NCBI RefSeq assembly: GCF_006345805.1
Contig: NC_042998.1
Span: 100,564,001 to 100,628,000 of the forward strand
DNA: 64,000 bases
Origin: Octopus sinensis
Lineage: Eukaryota
Direction: 5' to 3'
Shown: piece by piece, positions 1-12,959 of the stretch
Position numbering within the stretch: position 1 is the stretch's first letter
Layout of the letters: the number at the start of each line of letters is the position of its first letter
The notes under the pieces: generated by a model
Seen by the model: only the letters and a program-made list of their open reading frames with translations
What the model was told of the DNA's origin: nothing
Databases searched by the model: none
Program-made: the position numbers and the translations under genes

Positions 1-945
1 TGCATGTTTGTTGTTGTTGTTGTTGGCATCCTTTTGTCTTGGGAGACAATGGAGTTGTGCATAAACTAATCCAGTCTGGTTTTTATATTTCATGTCCTCT
101 CCGGTTTCCTCTCCAGTTTTGCACAGGCCTGGGCTAGATGTAAGGAAATCCTGGGTAACCCAATCGTCAGGATTCCTCTCTCGAAATGCTGACGTAGTCC
201 AAAGGAGTGCAGAGCATTACGTTTGGCACCAGATTGGTTGCAGGAGCTGCCAGAAGAGTGTTGAGTCGAACACTAAACTGCCTACGGGGCTCCACTCCGG
301 ATTTCTTAGAAGGCTGTCTCCTTTCTGTAACCGTGGATAGGGGCCTATACTGGATACTGTCAACCGGAGCCAGCTGAGCCCGGGACTCATGTCAGGCAGG
401 GTCATCACTCACTGAAGTAGTGAAGAAAATCGCCACCCACTACCTATAAACATACTTGTACACCACACATAAATACGTGTGTGTGTGTGTACAAAAGGCT
501 TCTTCTCAGTTTCTGTCTGTCTATTTCTCTTTCAAGGCATTGTTTAGCTCAAGGTTATTGTGGAGATCATCATAATGTCAATGATAATCTGGGAAGAGGC
601 TGTGTTTGTAGACAAGAACGACCAAACAAAAATATATTTGTTTTCAAACACTTATAATTTAACTGTTAAGGATGTAACTAAAGAGCTGTATTTGTATAAT
701 ATCTGAAGTTACTAAATTTGAAAGATAAAGAAAACATTCAACTTAAACCTGTGATGTTACATGTACTCTTTATTATTATAGAAATAAAAGAAATTAGAGT
801 AGATAATTAGATGGAATGACGTATGTTCACATCAAAACATGAGGATAATTTACTTTTGTTGAATATGTATTTTCAGCATACGTTGTATTAGGACAAGTAA
901 ACAAGCATCACCATCATATAAGTAATGTTGTTTGTTTGTTTCCAG

Positions 946-1000
946 TCATATGTGAAAAACATGTTTGGTGATGGAGAAATATTACCTTCCTTGGAAACAG
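946..1000 (+). CDS. Candidate exon (SYVKNMFGDGEILPSLET), unidentified gene
   Basis: Acceptor TTTGTTTGTTTCCAG and donor CAG|GTAAGG; a single open frame. Not recognised. Confidence 0.3.
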
Positions 1001-2069
1001 GTAAGGGTTAGCAACAGCAAGGGCATATAGCCATAAAAAAATCTGCTTCTGTAAATTTTGTCCAACCCAGACAGGCATCGAAAAGTTGACATTAGATGAT
1101 AATGATAGTGGTGGTGGTGGTGATGGTGGTGGTAGTGGTGGTAATGATAGCACATCCTGCAGAACAAAGTGACAAGGTTCCATGTAGAATTTGATTGGCT
1201 TACATGCTGGGGTTCAAATTCCCAGCTTTTATAACACTGGGCAAGGCTTTCTAGAACCTTCAAAATATGATTTGGAAGAAGCTTACATAACTTTACTTCA
1301 ATGATCACCTCTGTTAATTGATGCATGCCAGTCAATGCTGATAGGCTGGTAAATATTTACCTGGTTGTTCCTTTCTCTCAAAGAACAAGTCATAATTAGG
1401 CTTGATTCTAAATTGGAATTCCAAGTGACAGTTCTAGTTGTAGCAGAGAGCTGCTACACTATAGTAGAAGATATGTGTCCATGGTGCTTTGCAGTGGAGC
1501 AAAACCTGGAACCACATATTTGTGAAGAGAATTTTAGAACCTCACAGCTATGTCCATATAATATGAAAAATATTAGAAAGAAGACTATAAAGTGAATGGA
1601 TGTTCCACTGGATTTGCCAATAAGAATGCTAGTTGTTTAATTAATGGAACTATATTCACAGATATTTATTACCTGAATTCATGTCACTATGTTTGACAAG
1701 ACTATGTATAACACACAAATGCAAAAACGACCTGTTTTTTTAAGTTATATTATCAGTGGTTGAATATACCCTTGATTTTTTTTACCTTAACTTAATCTTC
1801 AGGCACAATTAATATGGCATGTGCGTGCACACACACACATATCACTTAGGCATTACAATACTAATAACCTGGTATAGAACTCAATATGTGTATGCTTTTG
1901 AGCAAAGCATTAGTTGAGTACAGAGCAGTAATAAGAAAAGAGATGACAAAGGAATAGTCAATTATCTCATGAATTGCAATAGCTTACAACTGTTTCCACC
2001 ATAAGATGCAGTGGAGTAACAGTTGAGTATCTGAATAGCACCTTATAGTTTCATCAGAGCCTCAAACAT

Positions 2070-2400
2070 CATCATCATCATCATCTTCATCATCATCGTT
2101 AACATTTAACATCTGTTGTCCATGCTGCCATGGATTGGATGGTTTGACCAGGGCTAGTAAACTGAGGGGCTGTACCAGACTCCGATTTGATTTGATACGG
2201 TTTTTACGGCTGGATGCCCTTCATAACGCCAACCACTCCAAGAGTGTAGTGGGTGTTTTTGTGTGCCACTGGTATGGGTGCCAGTTGCATGACACTAGTG
2301 TCTGTCACAACTACAATTTCACTTGGCTTGATGGGTCTTCTTCTCAAGCACAGTATATTGCTAAAGGTCTTGGTCATTTGTCATTGCCTCTGTGAGGCCA
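2070..2400 (-). mobile_element. Short RTE-tail element
   Basis: Matches the terminal RTE segment (GGCGTTAGGAAGGGCATCCAGC...CCCATG...AAATGATGATG) in reverse. Confidence 0.75.
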
Positions 2401-2462
2401 CATCATAAGATAGTTGGTTATTCTTTTGTCATCTCTTTTCTTACACACACACACACACACGC

Positions 2463-2731
2463 ACATACATATAAGAGGGATGATCACTTAGTGAATATCC
2501 ATTATACTAGAGGTAGACCCCATATGGACTGACCACTGTAGACCTCATATGGTCTGACCACTAAGTAAAGATTGTTCTCAAGAAAATTCAGCAAATGGCA
2601 GAACGTAAGCAAGCAAGACAAACGAAAAGATACAACATATATAACAATCTTTTGTTAGTGGTCAGACCATATGGGGTCTACCTCTAGCATAATAGATGTC
2701 CACTTAGTGGTCATCCCTTTTATATGTATGT
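2463..2731. mobile_element. Foldback/MITE-like element with ~100-bp inverted arms
   Basis: Arms AGGGATGATCACTTAGTG...GTAGACCCCATATGG.CTGACCACT and their reverse complement; a 25-bp internal tandem duplication in the left arm. Confidence 0.75.
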
Positions 2732-2745
2732 AATATAATTTTTGT

Positions 2746-2794
<49 letters not shown>

Positions 2795-2799
2795 TGTGT

Positions 2800-4010
2800 G
2801 TGCAGCAATATCAGAGGATAGTTAACTAGGAAAAACGCTTTGTGTGTAGAAGATACACAGGTACAATAAACAGTGAAAATGTACAGAAAATAGACTCTGT
2901 CAAATGCCAGGGCCGTAAGCTAGATGTAGTTGATAGCTTCTTGTTATCTAGGTAATCAAGTCAGTAGCAGCGGTGGATGCTCTGAGAGCAAAGCTGTAAG
3001 AATAAGAGTAGGCTGGGCAAGGTTCAGAGAGCTCCTACCTCTGTTGGCAACAAAGAGCCTCTCCCTCAGAGTGAAAGGCAGATTGTATGATGCCTGTGTG
3101 TGAACAACTATGCTACACAGCAGTGAAACATGGGCTGTGACCACCAAGGACCTGTGTAGGCTTGAAAGAAATGAATCTAGCATATTCTGCTGGATGTGCA
3201 ATGTCAGTCTGCATGTACAACAAAGTGTAAGTGTGTTGAGAGAAAAGTTGGGCATGAGAGGCTTCAGATGAGGTGTGCAAGAGTGACAACTGCACTGGTA
3301 TAGTCATGGATGAGGACTGCTGTGTAAAGCAGTGCCAGTCTTTAACTGTGGAAGAGGTAGACCCAGGAAGACATGGGATGAGGTGGTGAAGCATGATCTT
3401 CGAAATTTGGGCCTCACAGACAAGTGACCAAGACCTTTGGTGATATGCAGTGCTTGAAAAGACTTGTCAAACTAAGTGAAATCATAGTCTACCTGAAGTC
3501 AATGTCACATACTGGTGGAATATAAAAAGTACTTATCAAGCAATTGGCCTCATAGAGGCAATGCAGCCAATGCTGGGGTCACATAACTGGTATCTGTGCC
3601 AGTGGCACATAAAAAGAACCTTTCGAGTGTTGAGCTTCATGGTGGCAATGTGGCCAATGCCAATGTTGCATAACTGACACCTGTACCAGAGACACATAAA
3701 AAGCACCTTTTTTTGCATTGGGCCTCATGTAGGCAATGACAAATTACCAAGACCTTTGGCAATATGCTGTGCTTGAGAAGAAGACCCATCAAGCCAAGGG
3801 AAATCGTTGTCATGGCAGATACTGGTGTTACACAAGTGGCACATAAAAGAACCCACTGGTTGGCATTAGGAAGGGCATCCAGCCATAGAAACCATGCCAA
3901 ATCAGGCTGGAGTCTGGTGCAGCTCCTTAGCTTACCAATCCTGATCAAACCGTCCAACCCATGCCAGCATGAACAATGGATGTTAAAAGATGATGATATA
4001 TATAAATAAT
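2800..4010 (+). mobile_element. Older 5'-truncated RTE copy (end of PHD/RT, modular 3'UTR, tail)
   Basis: Decayed translation matches the copy 1 C-terminus (e.g. KLDVVDSF, GRLYDACV, GRPRKTWDEVVKHDL); ends in the shared tail with GATGATGAT. Confidence 0.8.
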
Positions 4011-4596
4011 CTTCACCATTATCGTTTAATGTCTGCCTTCCATAGACCCCCTTCAGTCATGAATGACCATGAGATGCATCTAAAAAGTTCCCCTCTGAGG
4101 CACAAGTCTGAGCAAAGTTGTTTATGGAAGACTATGCATGCCAGCCTCCCCTCTCCATACCATTGATGTTATCCAAGGGAAAGGCAGAGGCTGATACAGC
4201 TTGGCACCAGTGACATTGCAACAAGACTCAAGTGATTGCCACAGAATGTGATTAGCTATAAGTACGCAAGGGCCAGATGGTATCATTAAAGCTGGTGATG
4301 GATTAAGTTTATAGATAAGTAAATTATAACGAGGAAGCTTAAATGAAAAGAAATAGAAACAAAGCAGTTCATGTCATATTTAAGTCAAATAAAACAAAAT
4401 CAGTGTCAGAATCTGTGACACAATATCTGGAAAAATGGAAAGAAAATGTAGCAGCATTCTTTAAGGTAGCATTCTTTGTCTGTAAATATTTCATTTATGT
4501 CAAAAAAATTCCCTTATATATTAATGAATGTTGAATAATCCTGTTCAAAGAGGAGCAGGATGAGGAGACAGAGGACGACAGAGGTAATAACAGTGA

Positions 4597-4713
4597 TGAC
4601 ATCATCAACAACAACAACAAAGACAATGATGATGATTGATGTTACGGCTACTGCTGCCACTGCTGGTGGTGCTGCTGCTGCTACTGCTGCTGCTGCTGAT
4701 GATGATGATAATT

Positions 4714-4755
<42 letters not shown>

Positions 4756-4782
4756 TTGATGATGATGACAATGGTGATGACA

Positions 4783-4825
<43 letters not shown>

Positions 4826-4900
4826 CAATGGTGATGATGACGATGATGATGATAACGACAACGACAGCAATGATGACAAGTATGACAATGATGATGATGA
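4597..4900. repeat. Compound (CAA)/(GCT)/(GAT)n trinucleotide microsatellite
   Basis: Directly visible; source of the Asp-, Met- and His-rich ORFs. Confidence 0.95.
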
Positions 4901-5939
4901 TACTTATGTAATATTTGAAAATGATCTCTGGTGATTAACATTTAATAATTCTATTACATATTATTTATCAAAATAAATTTTTCTATCTATTGAACTTTTA
5001 GGTGATAAAAGGAAGCATCATAATGAACGAAAAAATAAATTACAAAAAAAAAAAAAAAACAGCTTAAAATAAAAAAATTCAAAGCATTTATTATTATTAT
5101 TCTGGCATATACTAGCAACTAATAGCTCCACCTGTAGATTTCCACAGATTGTGAACAATTTATTGCAATCATAAATACTCCAAGAAATGGTACTTTACAC
5201 ATTTATGTATTATTCTCATGTTCAGCATTGCATGCAGAAGGTGAGAAGAGAAGAGAAATAACAATGTTCTGCAGCATAGTATATGTGCTTACTAAGGTGG
5301 ATCACAACACCTCCTGTCCTTAATAGCTTGATCAAACTATTGTAATACTATGAAGTAGTTATCTATTTGTATCTAGGAAAGAAAGAGAGCTAAGAAGAAA
5401 AAAAGAAAGAAACAAGTAGAAAAATATATTTTCTTACATACATTTATAGGAATCGGGAGAAGGAAAAAGAGACAAGAAAAAGATGTCATTCTCTAAGAAT
5501 TAAAAGCTTTTGAAATTTACTTTATTTTATAACAAGCATATGTACCTACAAGCTTAAATAAGTACATACATATAAGCACATATACACACATACATATACA
5601 GGTGCAAATATGCACAAATATATACATATACACATGCACATGTGTGCATGCATATATATGCATATATGTGTGTGTGTATGCATATATACACATATACATA
5701 CATATATGTGTGTGTGTGTGTATATGTATATATATATGTGTGTGTGTGTGTATATATATATATACTAGGTTAAAAGCTGCTCTATTAGGCAGCTTTTAGG
5801 CAAGCTCTTGTGGTGAATACAGGCCAGGAAGAATTGATTACTAACCAAAACTTATAGACACACACAACACAATAATTCTACTGCTCATAACTCAATAAAT
5901 TGTCCCAAACGTGTACAATACACTAGAACAAATATTGGA

Positions 5940-6760
5940 ATCATGATGTCCTCTGGTACAACCAAATCTTTGGCTGAAGCATTTCAATGAAGATCGCTAG
6001 GAAATATTTTGCTGCTTTAGACAAATGTTTCCCTAAATCAAATAGATACCATGCTATTTTTAATAGACACACCATGAAGGTATCTTACACTAACTTTATT
6101 AATTTAGAGCAGCATATGTACTGCATTAACTTTAGTAAAATGAAACAACAATTCAAAACTCACCTACTGGAACCAGTAAACATATACATCAAAATAACAA
6201 GACAGGAGGTGTAAACCACAATGAAAAACATGAGATATGGCCAAACCGTGATAGTAGAAATGATTGTGATATAGCTAACATGGTAACAACTTTGGAAAAT
6301 AAAATCAGAACTGCCATATAAACAAATAAATATTATAAATGCTCATACAGAAAAAAAATCAAAATGCCCATTGATGAACCTCTCTATGACTACAAATCTT
6401 GTATATAAATATACCATTCAGACATGGGAAGGGTTGTATGTTTACATTGGGGCAACAGCTGATTCACTCAAGAATTGTTGCCACAACCATGTCGCCAGCT
6501 TCAAGAAAATCAATAAGAGACATTTAACATCTTTGGTTGATTTTGTGAGGGAACTTAAGGAAGATAGAATTAAGCAAAATATAATCTGGTCCATAGTAAA
6601 TGCATGCAAAGCCATATAATATCATTTCCAGGAGATGTTGTCTTTGTTCTGAGGAATCCCTGACTATTCTGCAGACCAATGAGAAGATCATTAAGAGAAT
6701 TTCTGAAAGACTCTCAAGATGCTTGCATGCATATAAATGCACTTTCACATGATACAGTGG
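5940..6760 (+). mobile_element. Penelope-like retroelement fragment (thumb/linker and GIY-YIG endonuclease)
   Basis: KYFAALDKCFPKSNRYHAIFNRHTMKVSY and NLVYKYTI...VYIGAT...NHVASF...LKEDRIKQNIIWSIV are typical PLE motifs. Confidence 0.75.
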
Positions 6761-6807
6761 GAATGAATTTGAGTAACTGTTAATGTAATTCACCTTAAGG
6801 TATGGAT

Positions 6808-7120
6808 GTTAGTTAGTTAGTTAATTTTTTTGGCTCAAAAAGCAAAAAGCAAGGCCATGTAGGGGGACATGGAGTTATGTACAGGGTGGTGTTCGTGTAA
6901 AGAGTTCAGGCCACTTGTGGTCAAGGGAGACTTTGAACCGAGCGCTCGTCGGCATCTTCACCATCTCGTCCGGCAGCTTATTCCACGGATCTGCAACCCG
7001 GACGGAGAAAGCCCCTCTCCTTCGATTGAGATGAAATCGTCACAGATAGAGCTTTTCGGAATGACCCCGCAGCCGACGCTCTGGAGCAGGAGTGAAGAAC
7101 AGCTCTTTCGAGAGCTCTAA
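6808..7120 (-). mobile_element. CR1-group LINE 3' end with (TAAC)n tail
   Basis: Minus frame reads RLRGHSEKL...FSVRVADPWNKLPDEMV...FKVSLD; short tandem tail at 6808-6823. CpGs are retained, suggesting a young copy. Confidence 0.8.
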
Positions 7121-7825
7121 CCTCCCCATTTTTATAAATACCAAGTAGCTATTTAATTTGCCATGTGAACCTATGTGCGCCTAACCACATGTGTGTGTGT
7201 GTAAGCTTACATCTTCATGGATGCTTGTATGAGCAAGTGTACATGTGTCATACAACCTACATGAGGGTGTTTACACATCCATATCTGTTAAAGGTTATAT
7301 TTAATACATTTTTCGCTGTATTGCATGTTCATTTCTTTTTTGCAGCTGTTATTCTATTATTGATCTTCTATATAAATGAATCTATATCCTTTAATTTCTT
7401 GCCTTTCTTTACACAAACTGAGAAGATACATTGTGGAACTGTTATTTTAATGAGTTTTATCTATTTATAACTCAAAATGGCACATCTGCAATGTCGGATG
7501 CTCTTGAACCAGTTGTTAAGTATCCCACCCATGAGGGATCAGTGCTAGATGGGTCAAAACAATTGTAGTGATAAATAAAAATTCTTATATCTTCCATCTT
7601 CCATCTCTCATTTACCAAATATATATCATCATCATCATCATCATCGTTTAACGTCCGCTTTCCATGCTAAATGTTTATATATATAAGTATATATTTTACG
7701 TGTTTCAGTCATTTGACTGCAGCCATGCCATACTGCTGTTAAGCCATGCTGTGGTCATGCCATGCTGGGGCACCATGCTGGGGTACTGCCTTTAATTTTT
7801 AGTCAAATGAATCAACCCCAATACT

Positions 7826-7916
<91 letters not shown>
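7826..7916. repeat. (CTAT)n(TA)n microsatellite
   Basis: Directly visible. Confidence 0.95.
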
Positions 7917-7918
<2 letters not shown>

Positions 7919-8319
7919 ACAATTTAACAAATAAAACATATGCATACATACATACATATATGTACATACCTACATCTATATGTATATATACATGCATATA
8001 TGAGTACAGGACACCACAAATAAATGTAGAACACAACGAGAAATGAAAACATAAAAACAAACAAGGAAACAGACTTTTTTTAACAACGAAAAAACAGGGT
8101 ACAAGACAAACAATACAAGGAATATTCCCCTTCATCAGCTGCCCCTGGTTCGACTCAATGCGTGTTTCGAAGGTAAGGGCAGAACACGATCTTGGCCGAA
8201 GCAGTCCTTCCTGCAAAATGAATTAAATAAAATTCTTTTGCAGAGGGGCAAAAAAAGGAAAGAAAAAAAGTGACAAGAACAGGACGTAAAAGCAATACAA
8301 ATAAATATATATATATAGT

Positions 8320-8687
8320 TGTGTCTGATGCCAGTGTCACATAACTGGCACCTGTGCAAGTGACACGTAAAAAGAACTCTTCGAACGTTGGGCCTCACAA
8401 AGGCAATGACAAGTGACTGAAACCTTTAGTGATTTATCGTGCTTGAGAAGACCTGTCAAGCCAAGTGAGATTTTAGTTGTGGTTGATGCTGGTGTTACAT
8501 AACTGGCACCCATGCTGGCAGTATGTAAAAATCACCCACCATACTCTTCAAGTGGTTGGTGTTATGAAGGGCATCCAGCAGTAGAAACCATGCCAAATCA
8601 GATTGAAACCTGGTGCAGCTCCCCAGCTTACAAGTTTCCGGTCAAGCCATCCAACCCATGCCAGCATGGAAAACAGACATTAAATGG

Positions 8688-8733
<46 letters not shown>

Positions 8734-8742
8734 GATGATAAC
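8320..8742 (+). mobile_element. Short RTE-tail element with expanded (GAT)n
   Basis: Contains GGGCATCCAGC...CCATCCAACCCATGCCAGCATGG...(GAT)n. Confidence 0.75.
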
Positions 8743-9437
8743 TAGTTTATGTAAATCACAGTATGTGTGTGTATATTGACTAACACATACATTTCCATAA
8801 TTCTCAAACTTTACACACACATTACTTATGTCCCAAAGATGGTCATGCACTATAACATTTTTCCCAGAGCTCCCATGTAACAAGACAGACAGGGAAAAAT
8901 GGTAGTTTACATGAGGTTTTCTCTAATTCGTTGTATGTACATAGTGTTTTTGTATGTAAGGTCTTCCACACTTTTTTAATCTATAGAGAATATTTTTTAA
9001 TCTGTTTCACATTTTTTTGATTTATTGTTTATTTATATGTTATTGTGTATTGATATGTTACTTGGTTAGAGAATATTATAAAAGTGAAAGGATTTTGTCT
9101 ATTTATTCATTTTGACTGTCCACCTGCGACTGTGGTTAAATTGACGAGGAACACTGTACACGATGAATATTCAATACCAAACAATCTTAGTCTCCATATT
9201 TAAACTGCATTAAACTTTGGCAAGCTTACTTTTACCTATTCTGAGTTACTTGAAAGTTGATGTTCCCTTCCACTTTAAGGGTGCTTATTTACCCATCCAT
9301 TATGATATTTCAAAGTGATATCTTTTCACTGTGAACTGCTAAAGATTCAAAGCAGTATTTGTGAACTGAAGTCAAACTCTTTGTGTCTTCATTTTTCGCT
9401 ATCTAAAGTCAATTTCAGAGTGGTCATACACTGTAAG

Positions 9438-9735
9438 CTGTGGCAGACCGGCCATGTTGCCAGCTTGCTCGATGGCAAGTGAGCCCCTGCACCATTAGAA
9501 TCCATATATAGGGGCCCGTGTTAGTATCTAAGGGGTCCATCCCCTCAAGTTTGAGAATTTTTAATTCACTCCTGGAAGAATGCATTAATTATTTTAGCCT
9601 AGCTGTGTTTGTAGACAGTTGAAAAGAGTACTTTTAACAAAAAAAAAAAAAATGAATTAAATGATAGCATTGTAGTTGTGAATGGGCCCCCTTAGTCTCC
9701 TGACAACCAATATTTTTAGACCCAGTCCGCCACTG
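9438..9735. mobile_element. hAT-type MITE with 8-bp TSD ACTGTAAG
   Basis: TSD at 9430-9437 and 9736-9743; TIRs CTGTGGCAGACCGG vs CAGTGGCGGACTGG (11/14). Confidence 0.85.
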
Positions 9736-10195
9736 ACTGTAAGCACATGGCAAATACATTCCTTTACCTCTACTTTTTCAAGTAGGTATTATATTGCCAT
9801 TTTTGAACATACTAATCATACTTCCCTCCGAAAAAATATCTTCCTTTGCTGTTGAATAAAATAAACTTACATTCATGTGGCTGTTTCTGACAAAAAAGTT
9901 CACTTTCATGTAAAACAACTATGTTTTGTAGTCATTATCCATAATCTACACCCAAACACTTCAGCAGTTCTACGTTGCATCGCTTGCAAAATTGTATGTT
10001 CTATGATCATTAAAGTGCAATGACCTCTACAAAAACCAGACTCCAATTTGGTTTTCTGCTCCTCAGTTAATCTGCCATGCTACTCATAAACCTTCCTAGT
10101 AGTTCAATTATTTGGTGAAAAAAATACCACCAAAGCAACTTAAACCATTCAAAGGATGGGTGTGTTAGCTAGTATATGTATATATTACATATATA

Positions 10196-10470
10196 TATGG
10201 TTCAGTGGTTAGAGCATCAAGCTTCTAATTGTGATGGGCTGTGTGTTGTGTTCTTGTGCAAGACACTGTAGAAATGGGTTTCAACATCACTGGTGCCAAG
10301 CTATATTGGCCTTTGCTTTTCCTTGGATAATATTGGTGGCATGGAGAGGGGAGGCTGGTATGCATGGGTGACTGCTGGCCTTCCACAAATAGCCTTGCCC
10401 GGACCTGTGCCTCAGAAGGGAACAGTCTAGGTGCAATCTCATGGTCATTCGTGACCAAAGGGGGTCTTTA
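10196..10470 (+). mobile_element. tRNA-derived SINE family C
   Basis: TGGTTCAGTGGTTAGAGC A-box head; body shared with the inverted copy at ~4045-4235. Confidence 0.65.
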
Positions 10471-10475
10471 CTGTA

Positions 10476-10528
<53 letters not shown>

Positions 10529-10646
10529 AGTATAATGAAACAAATACATGCTAATGCATTCAAACACAAGAAATGTTCAGTACTAAAATGAGAAGAATAT
10601 AATGTTTATATTACATGCATGTACACACATGCACATACATGCACAC

Positions 10647-10689
<43 letters not shown>

Positions 10690-11160
10690 CACAAATTCAG
10701 CATCATCATCAACGCAGACATCATCACTGTTTTTAATGCACACTCTTCCATGCTTGCATTGCATTGATCAGGTGGAATTTGTTGAGGTAGTTTCTACACC
10801 TAAGCAGATTAACCAGAAATAGATATGCGATGAGTGGAAGATGGTAACAAGCCATGGCAAGCTAGGTTTTTTTCTTTCAGTTTAGAATTTGACAAGTGAA
10901 GATGAAAATATTTAATAAAAGAAAAGGAATTAAAACAACAAATTAAGGTTTACAATGAAGTTTTGCAATGCACAATGAGCCCGACTAACCCCAAGATAGA
11001 AGGTCTTAATTATATAAAATCCAATTACGGTTAGTAAGGTACAAAATTTTTACATTCTCTTCATTTCTTGTAATTCAGACCACCTCATGGTCCTTTCAGA
11101 TAAAAATGGAAAAGGCATTGCCACAAAGGTTGGAAAGAGAGATGCGCCATTCTGACTCAC

Positions 11161-11270
11161 CAGGATCACACTTGCAGATAGCCATCTCTGCCTCAATAGT
11201 GGTAAACAGAGATATGGTCCGAGGGCCGAGAATATGGGAGGTCTCCACTATCACAGGCCCAACTATAAAT
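11161..11270 (-). CDS. Candidate internal exon of an unidentified host gene (FIVGPVIVETSHILGPRTISLFTTIEAEMAICKCDP)
   Basis: Acceptor TTTTGCTCTGACAG and donor GTGAGT; one fully open frame; unique and GC-richer than the flanks. Protein not recognised. Confidence 0.45.
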
Positions 11271-11594
11271 CTGTCAGAGCAAAATTAATTTCGTTGGTTA
11301 CAAATAATCATGTCGCAAGCAAAACTGATTAGGCTTGAGGAAATGATTTTTTTTTTGTTCTGCTTTTGTTCTAAAAAGATATCAAAATAACACACTCAAG
11401 GTGTATACACACATTGTGTTTCTTTCATTTCTTTTACTTACTAACTGTTATTATGGAGGTTCTAGATATTGAATTTGTATGTACTGAACAAGGGGAAAAT
11501 GAATTATTCTATAAGGAATTTTATTGCAACAAAAACAAAAGCACTGATTTCAAAAAATAATTGGTGACGTGAAGTTAGAAATTGTCCTGGGTAC

Positions 11595-11652
11595 CTTATA
11601 ATGTGAAATGAGAGAGACATCATGAAAGAAACTTCTTGAAATAATCCTGGCT
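11595..11652 (-). CDS. Candidate exon upstream of 11161-11270 (PGLFQEVSFMMSLSFHIIR)
   Basis: AG acceptor and weak GTACCC donor. It ends in phase 2, matching the phase-2 start of the next candidate across a 324-nt intron. Confidence 0.3.
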
Positions 11653-11741
11653 CTATGATTTGAACCACCAAAGTAAAGTCAAAAGAAAAAAGCCAGAGTA
11701 ACAGGCTGAGCATCAGCTGCCATTCTCCAGTTAAATCACCA

Positions 11742-12200
11742 CCATCATCATCATCATAATTTAGCATCCATTTTCCATGCTGGCATGGGTTTGACAGTTT
11801 GAATGGGGCTGGTAAGCTGGAGAGCTGCACCAGGCTCCAATTTATTTTGGCTAGGTTTCTATGGCTGGATACCCTTCCTAATGTCAACCACTCTGTAGAG
11901 TGTACTGGATGTTTTTACTTGTTTCCAGCATGGGTGCCTCTTATATGCCACCAGCATGAGTGCCTTTTACAGTTCACTGGCACAGGTGTCTTTTACATGT
12001 CACCACAATGGGTGCCTTTTACATGTCACCAGCATGAGTGCCTTTCAAGTGTACCCAGTATCACCACCTTTTATGTGTCACTGGCACAGGTGACTTTTGC
12101 ATGTCCCTGGCACTGGTGCCTTTTACATATCACAGGCATGGGTGCCTTTCACATGTCACTGGCACTGGTCATGACTACAATCTCACTTAATTACTTGGGT
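11742..12200 (-). mobile_element. Short RTE-tail element with several GGCAC..AAAAGCACC modules
   Basis: Shared tail in reverse plus repeated GGGTGCCTTT(T)ACATGTCAC motifs. Confidence 0.75.
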
Positions 12201-12469
12201 TTATTCTTTTCTTATTCTCTACTAATTTTGAGGAATAGAGGCATGAAGAATTCTGAATTGCAAAGTAGTATATCAATGGGAATTGGGCCATCAATGGGGA
12301 AAATGCTTATGGAGTGAGAGCAACACACTTAACATCACTGATGTCAAAAAGAAGAAATTGTTTAAATGTTGTTCAAGAAGTTTCTAAATGAGACTACACA
12401 GCAAAGAGGATGTGTGTGTCAAGAAGACAGAGAGAGGGGGGCGATAGAGAGACAGGAAAGAGAGCAGAT

Positions 12470-12500
12470 GGGGAGGGAGAGAGAGAGAGGAGGGGGAGAG

Positions 12501-12556
<56 letters not shown>

Positions 12557-12560
12557 GAAA
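12470..12560. repeat. (GA)n/(GACA)n microsatellite
   Basis: Directly visible. Confidence 0.9.
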
Positions 12561-12726
12561 ATAGACAGGCATTCAGAGAGGATTCTGAGTAGATCCAATA
12601 GAGGGAACCAGCTTTTGAAACTAACAGCTCTATAGTTGAAAGTAGGACGAGTGATAGCCACTTGCCAATTACTGGCACAAAAGGGTCATTGTCAGTTATG
12701 ATAAGGGCAAAGGAGAGACTCTAGAA

Positions 12727-12912
12727 TAGTGCTCCGCAACCTCTTTTCACTTGTGGTACACTTATATTCGTTTCAAAATTCAGCAGCATACCTGAACTAA
12801 AAATATAACTAAAAGTATGGGAAAATAAATTATATTCAGGTTACACTGTGGCACACTTAGCATCATCTCATGGCACACCAGTGTGCCATGGCATACCAAT
12901 TGTGGAGCACTA
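12727..12912. mobile_element. hAT/Charlie-type MITE with 8-bp TSD CTCTAGAA
   Basis: TSD at 12719-12726 and 12913-12920; TIRs TAGTGCTCC(G/A)CAA (12/13). NTCTAGAN is the typical Charlie target. Confidence 0.88.
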
Positions 12913-12959
12913 CTCTAGAATGAAGTAATGAAAGAGGTGTACTGAATTGATGTACCAAG

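Noticed and set aside
92-420. GC-richer segment as an RTE 5'UTR with an HDV-like ribozyme
   Set aside because: It is probably a repeat fragment, but I could not build the nested double pseudoknot or link it to an ORF.
4560-4941. Asp-rich, Met-rich and His-rich ORFs
   Set aside because: All three are readings of one (GAT)n microsatellite; there is no splice or homology support.
7384-7392. ATATCCTTT as a minor-spliceosome (AT-AC) donor after a 38-nt candidate exon
   Set aside because: I found no matching branch site and AC acceptor downstream, and the peptide is uninformative.
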